A stretch of DNA of 64,000 nt, taken from Polyangiaceae bacterium. GTDB taxonomy: Bacteria; Myxococcota_A; Polyangia; Polyangiales; Polyangiaceae. The stretch covers positions 32,001 through 96,000 of the forward strand of contig JANRKO010000039.1 in NCBI GenBank assembly GCA_033763455.1. Direction: 5' to 3'. Position 1 is the first letter of the stretch. Each line of letters begins with the position of its first letter. Shown one piece after another: positions 9,400 through 19,300 of the stretch. Under the pieces are notes generated by a model, which saw only the letters and a list, made by a program, of their open reading frames with translations, did no database searches and was not told the origin of the DNA. The position numbers and the translations under genes were made by a program.

Positions 9400-10248
9400 C
9401 TAGTGATGGCTCGACCGGCCAAGATCAGATGCCAGCTCTTCGCTGTCCCACGAACCGCGCATGACCCCAAAGGTTTCGTCGAAGCGTTCCTCGGCCATTT
9501 GAGCAGTCTTGGCGGCGCGAATGTCGGCCGCATGCAAGTCGGCCATGTCGCCCTCGGCCGTGACCACGGCGTCCGTCAGCACAACCACTTCTTGACCCCA
9601 CAGTTCCCGCGCGCGATTGCGCAGAGCGCTCGGCATCTGCACGCTGCGACGAGCCCCGGAAGTAGCCAAGATAAACCCAGGAGGATCGTAGGTGAGCGAA
9701 ACAATCTGACCGCTGATCGACGTGGTAGCTCGCTGCCCCTTGCGTTGCGATACAGCATGCTTACGGAGAGACGCCTCCATCCTCGTGATACCGGCCACAA
9801 CGTTCCAGCTGCCACCCGACGTCTTGCTCACGAAGCTCAATGTCGCCGCACTCTCCTTGGCGGCGGCGCTTGCCCGCGCGAAGGCGTCAGCCCCTGAGGC
9901 GCTGAGGCGTGGTGCTTGTCCTTTTGGTACGCGCGCTAGCTCGGCGGCGGTTTCGCTCCAAAAAGCTTGTGCGATAAGGTCGCTGGCAAGCGGTGCTCCC
10001 TTCACGCCACCTCCCGCAATCAGCGGTACGATCAGGCTGCCCTTTCCCGTGGGCCCAATTGAGAAGGTAAGCGCGTCGCGAACCTGCGGCAACGCCCAAC
10101 CATGTTTTGCGGCCAGCTCCGGCGCTAGAGAAGCCCGAAGCGAAGTTAACCCTTCCAGCGTCGCTTGCAGGGCCCGAATGTACGCCTGGGCCTGCACGAA
10201 CTTCGCACCCGATGCGGGCTGGAACCGGACAGAGAACTGATGGCGCAT
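9400..10248 (-). CDS. Hypothetical protein upstream of the PIN fragment (possible C-terminal OB-like beta domain)
   Basis: Open 282-aa frame from ATG 10248; C-terminal 'SISGQIVSLTYD..GFIL...LWGQEVVVL' beta-rich segment; divergent from hsdM. Confidence 0.6.
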   Translation of the reverse strand: MRHQFSVRFQPASGAKFVQAQAYIRALQATLEGLTSLRASLAPELAAKHGWALPQVRDALTFSIGPTGKGSLIVPLIAGGGVKGAPLASDLIAQAFWSETAAELARVPKGQAPRLSASGADAFARASAAAKESAATLSFVSKTSGGSWNVVAGITRMEASLRKHAVSQRKGQRATTSISGQIVSLTYDPPGFILATSGARRSVQMPSALRNRARELWGQEVVVLTDAVVTAEGDMADLHAADIRAAKTAQMAEERFDETFGVMRGSWDSEELASDLGRSSHH

Positions 10249-10363
10249 TCCGGTAGCATAGCCGCAAGCAAGGGGCGAGCGTGCAACTTTCTGCGACAAC
10301 CCCAAGACCCAGAACGCACGGTTCTTGATTGACGTTTCAAGTGCGGCCTAGTCTCACGTTTCC

Positions 10364-12490
10364 ATGGCATCCCCGCGCACCCAGGCCAACGTCACTGCGA
10401 AGAACCTACGGCCTTCGACCGCGAGCGGACCGAAGGCGGATTCTGCCCCTCCCGCTTCACCCCGCAGCTTCGGCGGCTTCTCGGAGATCACCTCGTTCAT
10501 CTGGGGCGTGGCTGATCTCCTTCGTGGAGATTACAAACAGGCAGACTACGGCAAGGTCATTCTGCCACTGACGGTCATTCGCCGCCTGGATTGCGTCCTC
10601 GACAAGTGCAAGGCGAAGGTGCTCGCGAAGCATGCAGAGCTGAAGCAGGCGAAGCACCCTGAGGGAACCATCGAGAAGATGCTGCTGCGCGCCAGCGGGA
10701 CCACTTTCTACAACACTTCGAAGCTCGACTTCGAAAAGCTGAAAGGCGACCCCAACAACATCGCCGCCAACCTCACCTCGTACATCAAGGGTTTCTCGCC
10801 CACCGCCCGCGACGTGATCGAGCAGTTCAAGTTCACGGATCAAATCGCCAAGCTGGAGGACGCAAACCTACTGTTCCAAGTGGTTTCGCGGTTTGCGGAC
10901 GTGGATCTCCACCCCGAAAAGGTGCCCAACCACGTGATGGGGTCCATCTTCGAGGAGCTGATCCGGAAATTCGCTGAAGCTTCAAACGAGACCGCTGGTG
11001 AGCACTTCACCCCCCGTGAAGTCATCCGCCTCATGGTGGACCTCCTTTTCATCGAGGACGAAGACACCCTGGCCAAGAAGGGCATCGTCCGCACTCTCTA
11101 CGATCCTGCGGCAGGAACGGGTGGTATGCTCTCCGTTGCCGAAGAATACCTGCGCGAGCTGAACCCCGATGCGGAGCTGAAGGTTTACGGGCAAGAGCTG
11201 AACTCCGAGTCTTACGCCATCTGCAAGAGCGACATGATGATCAAGGGGCAGGATCCCGAGCACATCATTCGCGGGAACTCCTTCTCTGAAGACGGGCACA
11301 GCGGCAAGAAATTCGACTACATGCTCTCCAACCCGCCCTTTGGCGTGGAGTGGAAGAAGGTTCAGAAAGAAATCGAGAACGAGCACGAGACTCAAGGCTT
11401 TGCCGGGCGCTTTGGTCCAGGTCTGCCGCGCATCAACGACGGCTCGCTCCTGTTCCTGCTGCACATGCTCTCGAAGATGAAGCCTGTGGACGCGAAAGGC
11501 GAAGGCGGCAGCCGCCTCGCGATTGTCTTCAATGGCTCACCGCTATTTACGGGGGACGCGGGCTCTGGCGAGAGCGAGATCCGGAAATGGGTGATCGAGA
11601 ATGACTGGCTCGAAGCCATTGTCGCGCTGCCCGATCAACTCTTCTACAACACCCCAATCTCCACATACCTGTGGATCGTCACCAACCGTAAGCCTAAGGC
11701 CCGCCGGGGCAAGGTGCAGCTCATCAACGGTGTCGAGCTGTTCCAGAAGATGCGAAAATCCCTTGGGAACAAGCGGAACGAGCTGGGCAAGGCGCACATC
11801 GAGACGCTCGCTAAAACCTACGGAGATTTTCTCACCAGCGACATCGCGAAGGTCTTCGACAATGCGGATTTTGGGTTCCGCCGCATCACCGTGGAGCGTC
11901 CGCTTCGTCTGAATTTCCAGGCGTCACCAGAACGCCTTGAACGATTGCAGGAGGAGAGCGGCTTCGCGGCGCTGGCCAAGTCGAAGAAGAAGGGGGCTCC
12001 CGGGGAACGCGAGGCGGAGGAAGGGCGAGAACTGCAAGAGAAAATCGTGGCGGTGCTTCGCACGCTGAATCCGTCGCAGGCAATCAAGAACCGCGATGCC
12101 TTTGAGAAGACGCTGCGCTCAGCCTTTCAGAAGGCGAAGCTCGATGTGCCGACGCCGGTTTTCAAGTCGGTGATGGCGGCGCTTTCTGAACGCGATGAGA
12201 GCGCAGACGTTTGCACCGACAGCAAGGGTCGCCCGGAGCCTGACGCCGAGCTGCGGGACAACGAGAATGTTCCCTTGAAAGAGGATATCCAGAAGTACTT
12301 CAAGCGCGAGGTATTGCCTCATGTGCCGGATGCTTGGATTGATGAGAGCAAGACGAAGATTGGGTATGAGATCCCGTTCACGCGGCATTTCTACAAGTAC
12401 AAGGCGCTGCGGCCGCTGAGCGAGATTGAGGCGGAAATTCGGGCACTAGAGGGGGAGATCCAGGGGATGTTGGGGGAGGTGCTGGGGTGA
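10364..12490 (+). CDS. hsdM: Type I R-M methyltransferase subunit
   Basis: 'FIWGVADLLRG', 'AGEHFTPREV', 'YDPAAGTGGML', 'NPPFG' (m6A motif IV), 'GYEIPFTRHFY'. Confidence 0.97.
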   Translation: MASPRTQANVTAKNLRPSTASGPKADSAPPASPRSFGGFSEITSFIWGVADLLRGDYKQADYGKVILPLTVIRRLDCVLDKCKAKVLAKHAELKQAKHPEGTIEKMLLRASGTTFYNTSKLDFEKLKGDPNNIAANLTSYIKGFSPTARDVIEQFKFTDQIAKLEDANLLFQVVSRFADVDLHPEKVPNHVMGSIFEELIRKFAEASNETAGEHFTPREVIRLMVDLLFIEDEDTLAKKGIVRTLYDPAAGTGGMLSVAEEYLRELNPDAELKVYGQELNSESYAICKSDMMIKGQDPEHIIRGNSFSEDGHSGKKFDYMLSNPPFGVEWKKVQKEIENEHETQGFAGRFGPGLPRINDGSLLFLLHMLSKMKPVDAKGEGGSRLAIVFNGSPLFTGDAGSGESEIRKWVIENDWLEAIVALPDQLFYNTPISTYLWIVTNRKPKARRGKVQLINGVELFQKMRKSLGNKRNELGKAHIETLAKTYGDFLTSDIAKVFDNADFGFRRITVERPLRLNFQASPERLERLQEESGFAALAKSKKKGAPGEREAEEGRELQEKIVAVLRTLNPSQAIKNRDAFEKTLRSAFQKAKLDVPTPVFKSVMAALSERDESADVCTDSKGRPEPDAELRDNENVPLKEDIQKYFKREVLPHVPDAWIDESKTKIGYEIPFTRHFYKYKALRPLSEIEAEIRALEGEIQGMLGEVLG

Positions 12491-13680
12491 AATCAGTTCG
12501 CCTAAAGTTCGTAGCCAGATTTGCATATGGGGACTCTCTGTCGAGCGATCATCGGACTGACGGTGACGTGCCGGTCTACGGTTCCAATGGAATCGTCGGG
12601 ACGCACTGTAGAGCGAACACGCTCGCTCCCGCCATTGTGGTCGGACGGAAGGGATCCTTCGGCAAGCTTGCGTATTCCAGCAGAGCCGCATTCTGCATTG
12701 ATACGACGTTCTTCATTGATCGCCGCTTCTCGCGTACCGATCTTCGATGGCTCTACTACGCGCTTCAAACGGCAGGGCTCGACGAACTGTCTCAGGACAC
12801 TGGCGTTCCGGGGCTTTCCCGAGAAACGGCATACGAGAAGGCGCTCCCGGTTCCTGCCGAGGCGATGCAGCGAGAGATCGCTACCTTCCTCGATCGCAAG
12901 ACTGCCGCCATCGATGCCCTCATCGCCAAGAAGGAGCGCCTCATCGAGCTGCTCCAGGAGAAGCGGCAGGCGCTTATCACGCAGGCGGTGACGAAGGGGC
13001 TGGACCCAAACGTGCCGATGAAGGAGTCGGGGGTTCCGTCGCTCGGACGTTGTCCGGCCCACTGGCAGCTGAAGCGCCTGATGCATCTCACTCCGTCGCG
13101 GCGCCAGATCATGTACGGCATCGTGTTGCCTGGGCCCAACGTTGCGGAGGGAATCCCGATCGTCAAGAGCGGAGATTGTGTGGCCGAGAAGCTTCGCCTA
13201 GATCGCTTGCATCGCACGACGCCAGAGATTGAAGCGCCATTCGCAAGAGCGCGTCTTGAGCCAGGAGACATCGTCTACGCGATTCGTGGCAGTATCGGGA
13301 TGGCTGCGATGGTGCCTCCGGAGCTAAGGGGCGCAAACCTAACCCAGGACGCTGCGCGTATCGCGCCTCGCTTCGGCATCGGCGGCCGATGGCTGCTCTA
13401 CGTCGTCCAGTCCACTGGAGTCTGGTCGCAACTTCAAGCCGGGGTGGTCGGTGCGACGGTCAAGGGGATCAACATTCGGGACCTCAAGCGCCCGATGGTC
13501 CCCGTGCCTCCGCAAGTGGAGCAAAACCAAATCTTCCGCTTCCTTGATGGGGCCATCGGCGGGATGGACAAGGCTCGAGCCTCCACGGAACGAAGCGTCG
13601 AGCTCCTCCGCGAATACCGCCAAGCCCTCATCACCGCGGCCGTCACCGGCAAAATCGACGTAACCAAGGAAGCCGCGTGA
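12487..13680 (+). CDS. hsdS: Type I R-M specificity subunit
   Basis: Two variable TRDs with repeated conserved helices 'Q.EI..FLD...LL.E.RQALIT.AVT'; GTGA overlap with hsdM. Confidence 0.95.
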   Translation: MKSVRLKFVARFAYGDSLSSDHRTDGDVPVYGSNGIVGTHCRANTLAPAIVVGRKGSFGKLAYSSRAAFCIDTTFFIDRRFSRTDLRWLYYALQTAGLDELSQDTGVPGLSRETAYEKALPVPAEAMQREIATFLDRKTAAIDALIAKKERLIELLQEKRQALITQAVTKGLDPNVPMKESGVPSLGRCPAHWQLKRLMHLTPSRRQIMYGIVLPGPNVAEGIPIVKSGDCVAEKLRLDRLHRTTPEIEAPFARARLEPGDIVYAIRGSIGMAAMVPPELRGANLTQDAARIAPRFGIGGRWLLYVVQSTGVWSQLQAGVVGATVKGINIRDLKRPMVPVPPQVEQNQIFRFLDGAIGGMDKARASTERSVELLREYRQALITAAVTGKIDVTKEAA

Positions 13681-14600
13681 GCGACATCAAGCTCTTCAGC
13701 CTTAAAGGTATTCCTCCCGTTGAACTCACGGGCAAATCCGTCGCCCTAGAGAAGTCCCTCCAGATCTTAATCGAAGCCCACCTCGACGCGTTCCTCGGGG
13801 TTCGGTTTCTCGCCACCGAATACTCCACCGGTAAGGTCCACGGGGGCCGCATCGATACTTTGGGCATCGATGAGAATGGTTGCCCCGTCATCATCGAGTA
13901 CAAGCGCGCGACCAACGAGAATGTCATCAATCAGGGGCTTTTCTACCTCGATTGGTTGATGGACCATAAGGGCGAGTTTGAGCTTCTGGTGCTGAAGAAG
14001 CTGGGCAAGGAAGCCTCCGAAGACATCGAGTGGGGGAGCCCGCGGTTGATCTGCATCGCGGGGGACTTTACCAAATACGACGGGCATGCCGTCCAACAGA
14101 TCAACCGCAACATCGAGCTCGTGCGTTACCGAAAGTACGGCGACGAACTGCTTCTCTTGGAGCTGGTGAACGTGGTCAGCGTTGAGCCCTCCGAAGCGGA
14201 GAGTGGTCCGGCTCCCGTGGGCACCACTGGCAGTGGTGTGGCGAAGCTGACTGCCGCCGATCAAGTGCGGGCGGCTCCGTTGGAGCTTCGAGATCTGTTC
14301 GAAGCCGCAAAGGCGTTCCTCCTTGGGTTGGGCGACGATGTTCAACTCAAGCCGATGAAGTTCTACTTCGCGTTCAAGCGCCTGAAGAACTTTGCCTGCG
14401 TCGAGATCAGGTCCCAGGCAAAGACGGTTCGCATCCACGTCAAGGTCAACCCGGACAGCATCACCTTGGAGGATGGTTTCACCCGAGATGTCCGCGGGGT
14501 TGGGCATTACGGCACCGGAGATCTTGAGATCACTCTGCGAACCTTGGATGATCTGGAAAGGGCCAAAGCGCTTTTGATCAGGAGTTACGAGGCAAGCTGA
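13677..14600 (+). CDS. NucS/DUF91-like PD-(D/E)xK nuclease fused to DUF5655
   Basis: 'GRIDTLGID....VIIEYK...NQGLFY' nuclease motif; C-terminal 'RDVRGVGHYGTGDLEI'; GTGA overlap with hsdS. Confidence 0.85.
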   Translation: MSDIKLFSLKGIPPVELTGKSVALEKSLQILIEAHLDAFLGVRFLATEYSTGKVHGGRIDTLGIDENGCPVIIEYKRATNENVINQGLFYLDWLMDHKGEFELLVLKKLGKEASEDIEWGSPRLICIAGDFTKYDGHAVQQINRNIELVRYRKYGDELLLLELVNVVSVEPSEAESGPAPVGTTGSGVAKLTAADQVRAAPLELRDLFEAAKAFLLGLGDDVQLKPMKFYFAFKRLKNFACVEIRSQAKTVRIHVKVNPDSITLEDGFTRDVRGVGHYGTGDLEITLRTLDDLERAKALLIRSYEAS

Positions 14601-14649
14601 TGGCTAATGTCGCTCTTCGTGCAGGTCGTATCGCACCGCAGGATGCCGG

Positions 14650-16137
14650 ATGAGTCCTGTGCGCTCCCCTGAGGGCCTGCACCGGCTTGCGCTTGAGCTC
14701 CTCGCGATGCCGCGAGAGACCGCCTGGCTTGAGTTCAAGCACAACAATGGCAATCCGGAAGAGATCGGCGAATACATCTCGGCGCTGGCAAACTCCGCGG
14801 CACTCTCAGACAAGCCTTACGGTTACGTGCTTTGGGGTGTTGAGGACGGCACAAACGCACTTGTGGGAACAACATTTGCTCCCCACGCCGAGAAGAAGGG
14901 AAACGAGGGACTTGAAAACTGGTTGCATCGTGGCCTGCAGCCGCCCACGCACTTCGAATTCTTCGAGATCCCTGTGGATAACAAACGTGTTGTGGTGCTT
15001 GAGGTGGAGCGAGCACAAAGGCAACCCGTGCAGTTTCGCGGCGACGAGTACATCCGTCTATCGTCTCACAAGAAGCGGCTGAAGGACCTACCAGAGAAAG
15101 AGCGCCTACTCTGGAGAACTTTTGATCGCGTAGCGTTCGAAGGCGGCATTGCACTGGAGGATGTCGACGCAGAAACCCTCACGGAACGACTTGACCACGC
15201 CGGCTACTTCAGCCTGACGAAACAGCGCGTTCCTGAATCCCGCAGTGGCATCGTTGACGCACTCGTGCGGGAGAAGGCTGTCCAGCGGACGAGCGGCGGA
15301 CTTTGGAACATTACGAACCTGGGCGCGTTGCTTTTCGCCAAGAGGCTTGAGGACTTTCCGACACTGTCGCGCAAAGCCATGCGCGTCATTGTCTACGAGG
15401 GAACGAGCCGCATTCGCACCAAGAGGGAGCAGGTTGGGAGCCGTGGATACGCTACCGGGTTCGAGGGCCTAATCGAATTTGTCAGGGCCCTGGTCCCGGC
15501 CAATGAGGAGATTGCAAAGGCGCTGCGAACTAGTGTCCCCATGTATCCCGAGTTGGCGATTCGTGAACTTGTCGCGAACGCTCTAATCCATCAGGATTTT
15601 AGCACAACCGGGGTTGGACCAATGATTGAGATTTTCGACGATCGAATTGAAATCACCAACCCCGGCACGCCCCTTCTGGATGTGGATCGTTTTTTGGACA
15701 ATCCTCCATGCTCGCGCAATGAAACATTGGCTGCTCTTATGCGAAGAATGGGGATCTGCGAAGAGCGAGGGAGCGGGATTGATAAGGTGGTGTTTGAACT
15801 CGAGTTCTACCAACTTCCGGCACCGCTCTTTCAAGTGCTCGGCGAGAGCACACGAGCAGTACTTTTCGCCCCTCGACCTCTCGCGAAGATGGATCGTGAA
15901 GACCGCGTTCGCGCGTGCTACCTGCACGCCTGCCTCCGGTACGTCAGTCAAGAGTACCTAACCAACGCGTCGCTCCGGCAGCGCTTCGGTATTGGGGCGC
16001 AAAACAGCGCCACTGCCTCGCGCTTGATCAAGGAAGCAATCGAAGCCGGGAAGATCACTCCGGAGAACGATGGGGTGAACCGCAAGCTCATGCGCTACGT
16101 ACCTCATTGGGCGCTCGCACGAGAGAGCCCAGAATGA
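14650..16137 (+). CDS. Schlafen/AlbA_2 domain + HATPase_c_4 (RecG_C-like) + C-terminal HTH protein
   Basis: 'ETAWLEFK', 'YISALANS', 'GYVLWGVED' (AlbA_2); 'AIRELVANALIHQD', 'IEITNPG', 'ERGSGI' (HATPase_c_4); 'TNASLRQRFG...ASRLIK' (HTH). Confidence 0.85.
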   Translation: MSPVRSPEGLHRLALELLAMPRETAWLEFKHNNGNPEEIGEYISALANSAALSDKPYGYVLWGVEDGTNALVGTTFAPHAEKKGNEGLENWLHRGLQPPTHFEFFEIPVDNKRVVVLEVERAQRQPVQFRGDEYIRLSSHKKRLKDLPEKERLLWRTFDRVAFEGGIALEDVDAETLTERLDHAGYFSLTKQRVPESRSGIVDALVREKAVQRTSGGLWNITNLGALLFAKRLEDFPTLSRKAMRVIVYEGTSRIRTKREQVGSRGYATGFEGLIEFVRALVPANEEIAKALRTSVPMYPELAIRELVANALIHQDFSTTGVGPMIEIFDDRIEITNPGTPLLDVDRFLDNPPCSRNETLAALMRRMGICEERGSGIDKVVFELEFYQLPAPLFQVLGESTRAVLFAPRPLAKMDREDRVRACYLHACLRYVSQEYLTNASLRQRFGIGAQNSATASRLIKEAIEAGKITPENDGVNRKLMRYVPHWALARESPE

Positions 16138-16256
16138 CGGCGTTTCTCTTTGATGAGTTTGTCTCGGCCCACCTTCCGAATGCATATTTTACAAGTTATT
16201 ACAAATACTTAGCTCTTTGATGGCCATTTGATCAGAGCCCCCGACAGACCCCCGGG

Positions 16257-16331
16257 GATCGACCCAACCTCCACCCCGATCGACCCAACCTCCACCCGAT
16301 CGACCCAACCTCCACCCCGATCGACCCAACC
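16257..16331 (+). repeat. Intergenic tandem repeat GATCGACCCAACCTCCACCC(C), ~3.6 copies
   Basis: Units 16257-16277 (21 bp), 16278-16297 (20 bp), 16298-16318 (21 bp) and partial 16319-16331; no spacers. Confidence 0.95.
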
Positions 16332-16368
16332 CCAACTCCGACATCCCGCCTCAAGAGGGGAGGACTAA

Positions 16369-19300
16369 GTGCCCAAAACCCAAGAACGACACTTCGAAGA
16401 CGCCATTGAGCACCATCTGATCGCCGCAGGCGGCTGGACCAAGGGCAACGCTGCCGACTTCGATCGGCACACCGCGCTCGTCCCCAAAGATTTCTTCGCG
16501 TTCGTCGAGTCCACGCAGCCGGAGCTCTGGGCCGATCTCCGAAAGCATCACCAGGCAAATCTCGAAGCTGCAGTTCTCGACACGCTCGTCAAGGCGCTCG
16601 ACGTACGCGGGTCCCTGGACGTGATGCGGCACGGGTTCAAGTTCTTTGGGAAGAAAATCGAGTGTGCGTACTTCAAGCCAGCACACGGGATGAACCCGGA
16701 GATCCTGGCGAAATACGCCAAAAACCGCTTGGTGGTGACCCGCCAAGTGAAGTTCATCGCGGAGAGCGAGCACTCGGTGGATCTGGTGCTCTTCGTGAAT
16801 GGCTTCCCTATAGCCACGGCGGAGCTGAAGAACCCTCTCACTAAGCAGACTGTTCAGAATGCGATCACGCAGTACCGAGACCGGGAAGCTCGGCATGCAC
16901 TTTTCCAGTTCAAAAAGCGCGCCCTCGTTCACTTCGCCGTGGACCCGGATCTCGTCTACATGGCGACCAAGCTCGCCGGCAAAGATACCGTGTTTCTGCC
17001 GTTTAACCGGGGCGCCAACGGCGGCGCTGGAAATCCCGAGCACCCGAGCGGCTACCGCACAGGATATCTTTGGGAGGAGGTCTGGCAGCGTGACAGCTTC
17101 CTCGACATCCTGGGGCGCTTCGCCCACTTGATGGTGGAGGAACGGAAGGTCGACGGCAAGATCGTCTCGAAGGAGAGTATCGTTTTCCCTCGCTACCACC
17201 AGCTCGATGTGGTCTGGAAGCTGGACGAGACCGCCCGCAAAGAGGGCGCCGGACACAGCTACTTGATCCAGCATTCGGCGGGTTCCGGCAAGAGCAACTC
17301 CATTGCCTGGCTCGCGCATCGCCTTTCCAGCCTTCACGACGACAAAGACCAAAAGGTCTTCGATTCGGTGGTGGTTATCACTGACCGGCGTGTCCTCGAC
17401 CAGCAACTACAAGAGAACATCTACCAATTCGAGCACAAGCAGGGTGTGGTCCAGAAGATCGACGAAAACAGCCAGCAGCTAGCGGATGCACTCACTTCTG
17501 CCACGCCCATCATCATCACGACGCTCCAGAAGTTTCCTTTTGTTACCGAGAAGATCGGTAAACTCCCGGGCCGTCGCTACGCCCTCATCGTGGACGAAGC
17601 CCACAGCTCCCAAACAGGCGAGGCCGCCCGGCACATGAAGGAAGTGCTAGCAGCGCGGAGCCTGGAGGATGCTGAGCAAGAAGAAGGCGGCGAGGAGGAA
17701 GATTCGGAGGATCGCTTGGTCAAGGTAATGGCGTCACGCGGCAAGCAGAAGAACCTGTCCTTCTTTGCCTTTACCGCCACGCCCAAAGCGAAGACGTTGG
17801 AAGTTTTCGGTCATCGTGATCCAGAGGGCAAACCGATCCCGTTCCACTTGTACTCGATGCGCCAAGCCATTGACGAGGGCTTCATCCTCGATGTGCTGAA
17901 GAACTACACGACCTACAAGACGTACTACCGCCTGGTAAAGGCGATAGAGGACGATCCCAAGGTCAACAAGCGCAAAGCGACGAGCCAGCTCGCGCGCTTC
18001 ATGTCGCTCCACCAGTACAATATCGCCCAAAAGACGGAGGTGATGGTCGAGCACTTTCGCTCCAAGGTGCGCCACCGCATCGGCGGCAAAGCGAAGGCCA
18101 TGGTCGTTACGAGTTCGCGCCTTCACGCCGTGCGCTACCACCAAGCATTCCAGAAATACATCGCCGAACGCGGGTACAGGGACGTAGGCGTTTTAGTGGC
18201 GTTCTCCGGCGTGGTGAAGGACCCCGACGTGGATGGGGTCGAGTTCACCGAGCAGGGGATGAACAAGGGCATCAAGGAGCGCGAGCTTCCGGAGAAATTC
18301 GAAGGCGACGAGTTCCAAGTGCTGTTGGTCGCCAACAAGTACCAAACTGGCTTTGATCAGCCTTTGCTCCACACGATGTATGTGGACAAAAGGCTCTCGG
18401 GCGTTCAAGCGGTGCAGACCTTGTCGCGGCTCAACCGCATCGCTCCCGGCAAGGAGGACACCTTTGTCTTGGACTTCGTCAACGATGTTGACGAAATCGA
18501 ACGCTCATTCCAGCCCTACTACGAGCAGACAACGGTCGCCGAGACAGCCGATCCGAACCAGCTGTACGAACTTCAGCATCGGTTGGAAGCCTTCCAAGTT
18601 TTTTGGGCCCAAGAGGTCGAAGCCTTCTGCAAGTATTTCTATGCCCCGAAAGAGAAGCAAAGTGTCTCGGATCAAGCCGAAATGTACCGCGCCCTCGGCC
18701 CCGCCGTGGATCGCTTCAAGGCCAAGAGCGAGGACGATCAGGACGAATTCCGCAACGTGCTCTCCGGTTTCGTTAAGCTGTACTCGTTCTTGTCGCAGGT
18801 GATGCCGTTCACTGATCCCGACCTAGAGAGGCTCTATACCTACGGGCGCTTTCTCGAACTGAAGCTTCCCAAGGACGAAAAGAAGGCGCCCCTCGATCTG
18901 GATGGTGAGGTGGCACTCAAGTACTACCGCCTCGATAAGATCAGCGAAGGTCAGATTGTGCTCACCCTTGCCGACCCCGTCGCCATTCGTGGCCCGTCGG
19001 CGCTCGGGACGCGCCAAGCGAAAGACATCGAGGCCCCGCTTTCGGAGATCATCGAAGTGCTCAATGAGCGCTTTGGCACGGAATTCACCAAGGCGGATCA
19101 ACTCCTGTTCGATCAGTTCATCCAGGAAGCGAAGCAAGATCAGGAGGTAGTAGAGCGCGCGCTCGCCAACCCGCTTGATAACTTTGAGCTAGCTATGAAG
19201 CCCAAAGTCGAAGGGCTTATGATCGACCGCATGGATCAGAATCAAGACATCGTGAACCGCTACCTGAACGACGCCGCGTTCCAGTCGGCCGCCTTCAAAG

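Noticed and set aside
16257..16331. Possible CRISPR array
   Set aside because: Units are contiguous with no unique spacers and there are no cas genes; it is a simple tandem repeat.
16351..17406. 351-aa minus-strand ORF, and similar shadow ORFs such as 13767..14507 and 55555..56817
   Set aside because: Antisense to well-supported genes; typical of GC-rich codon bias; no recognisable motifs.
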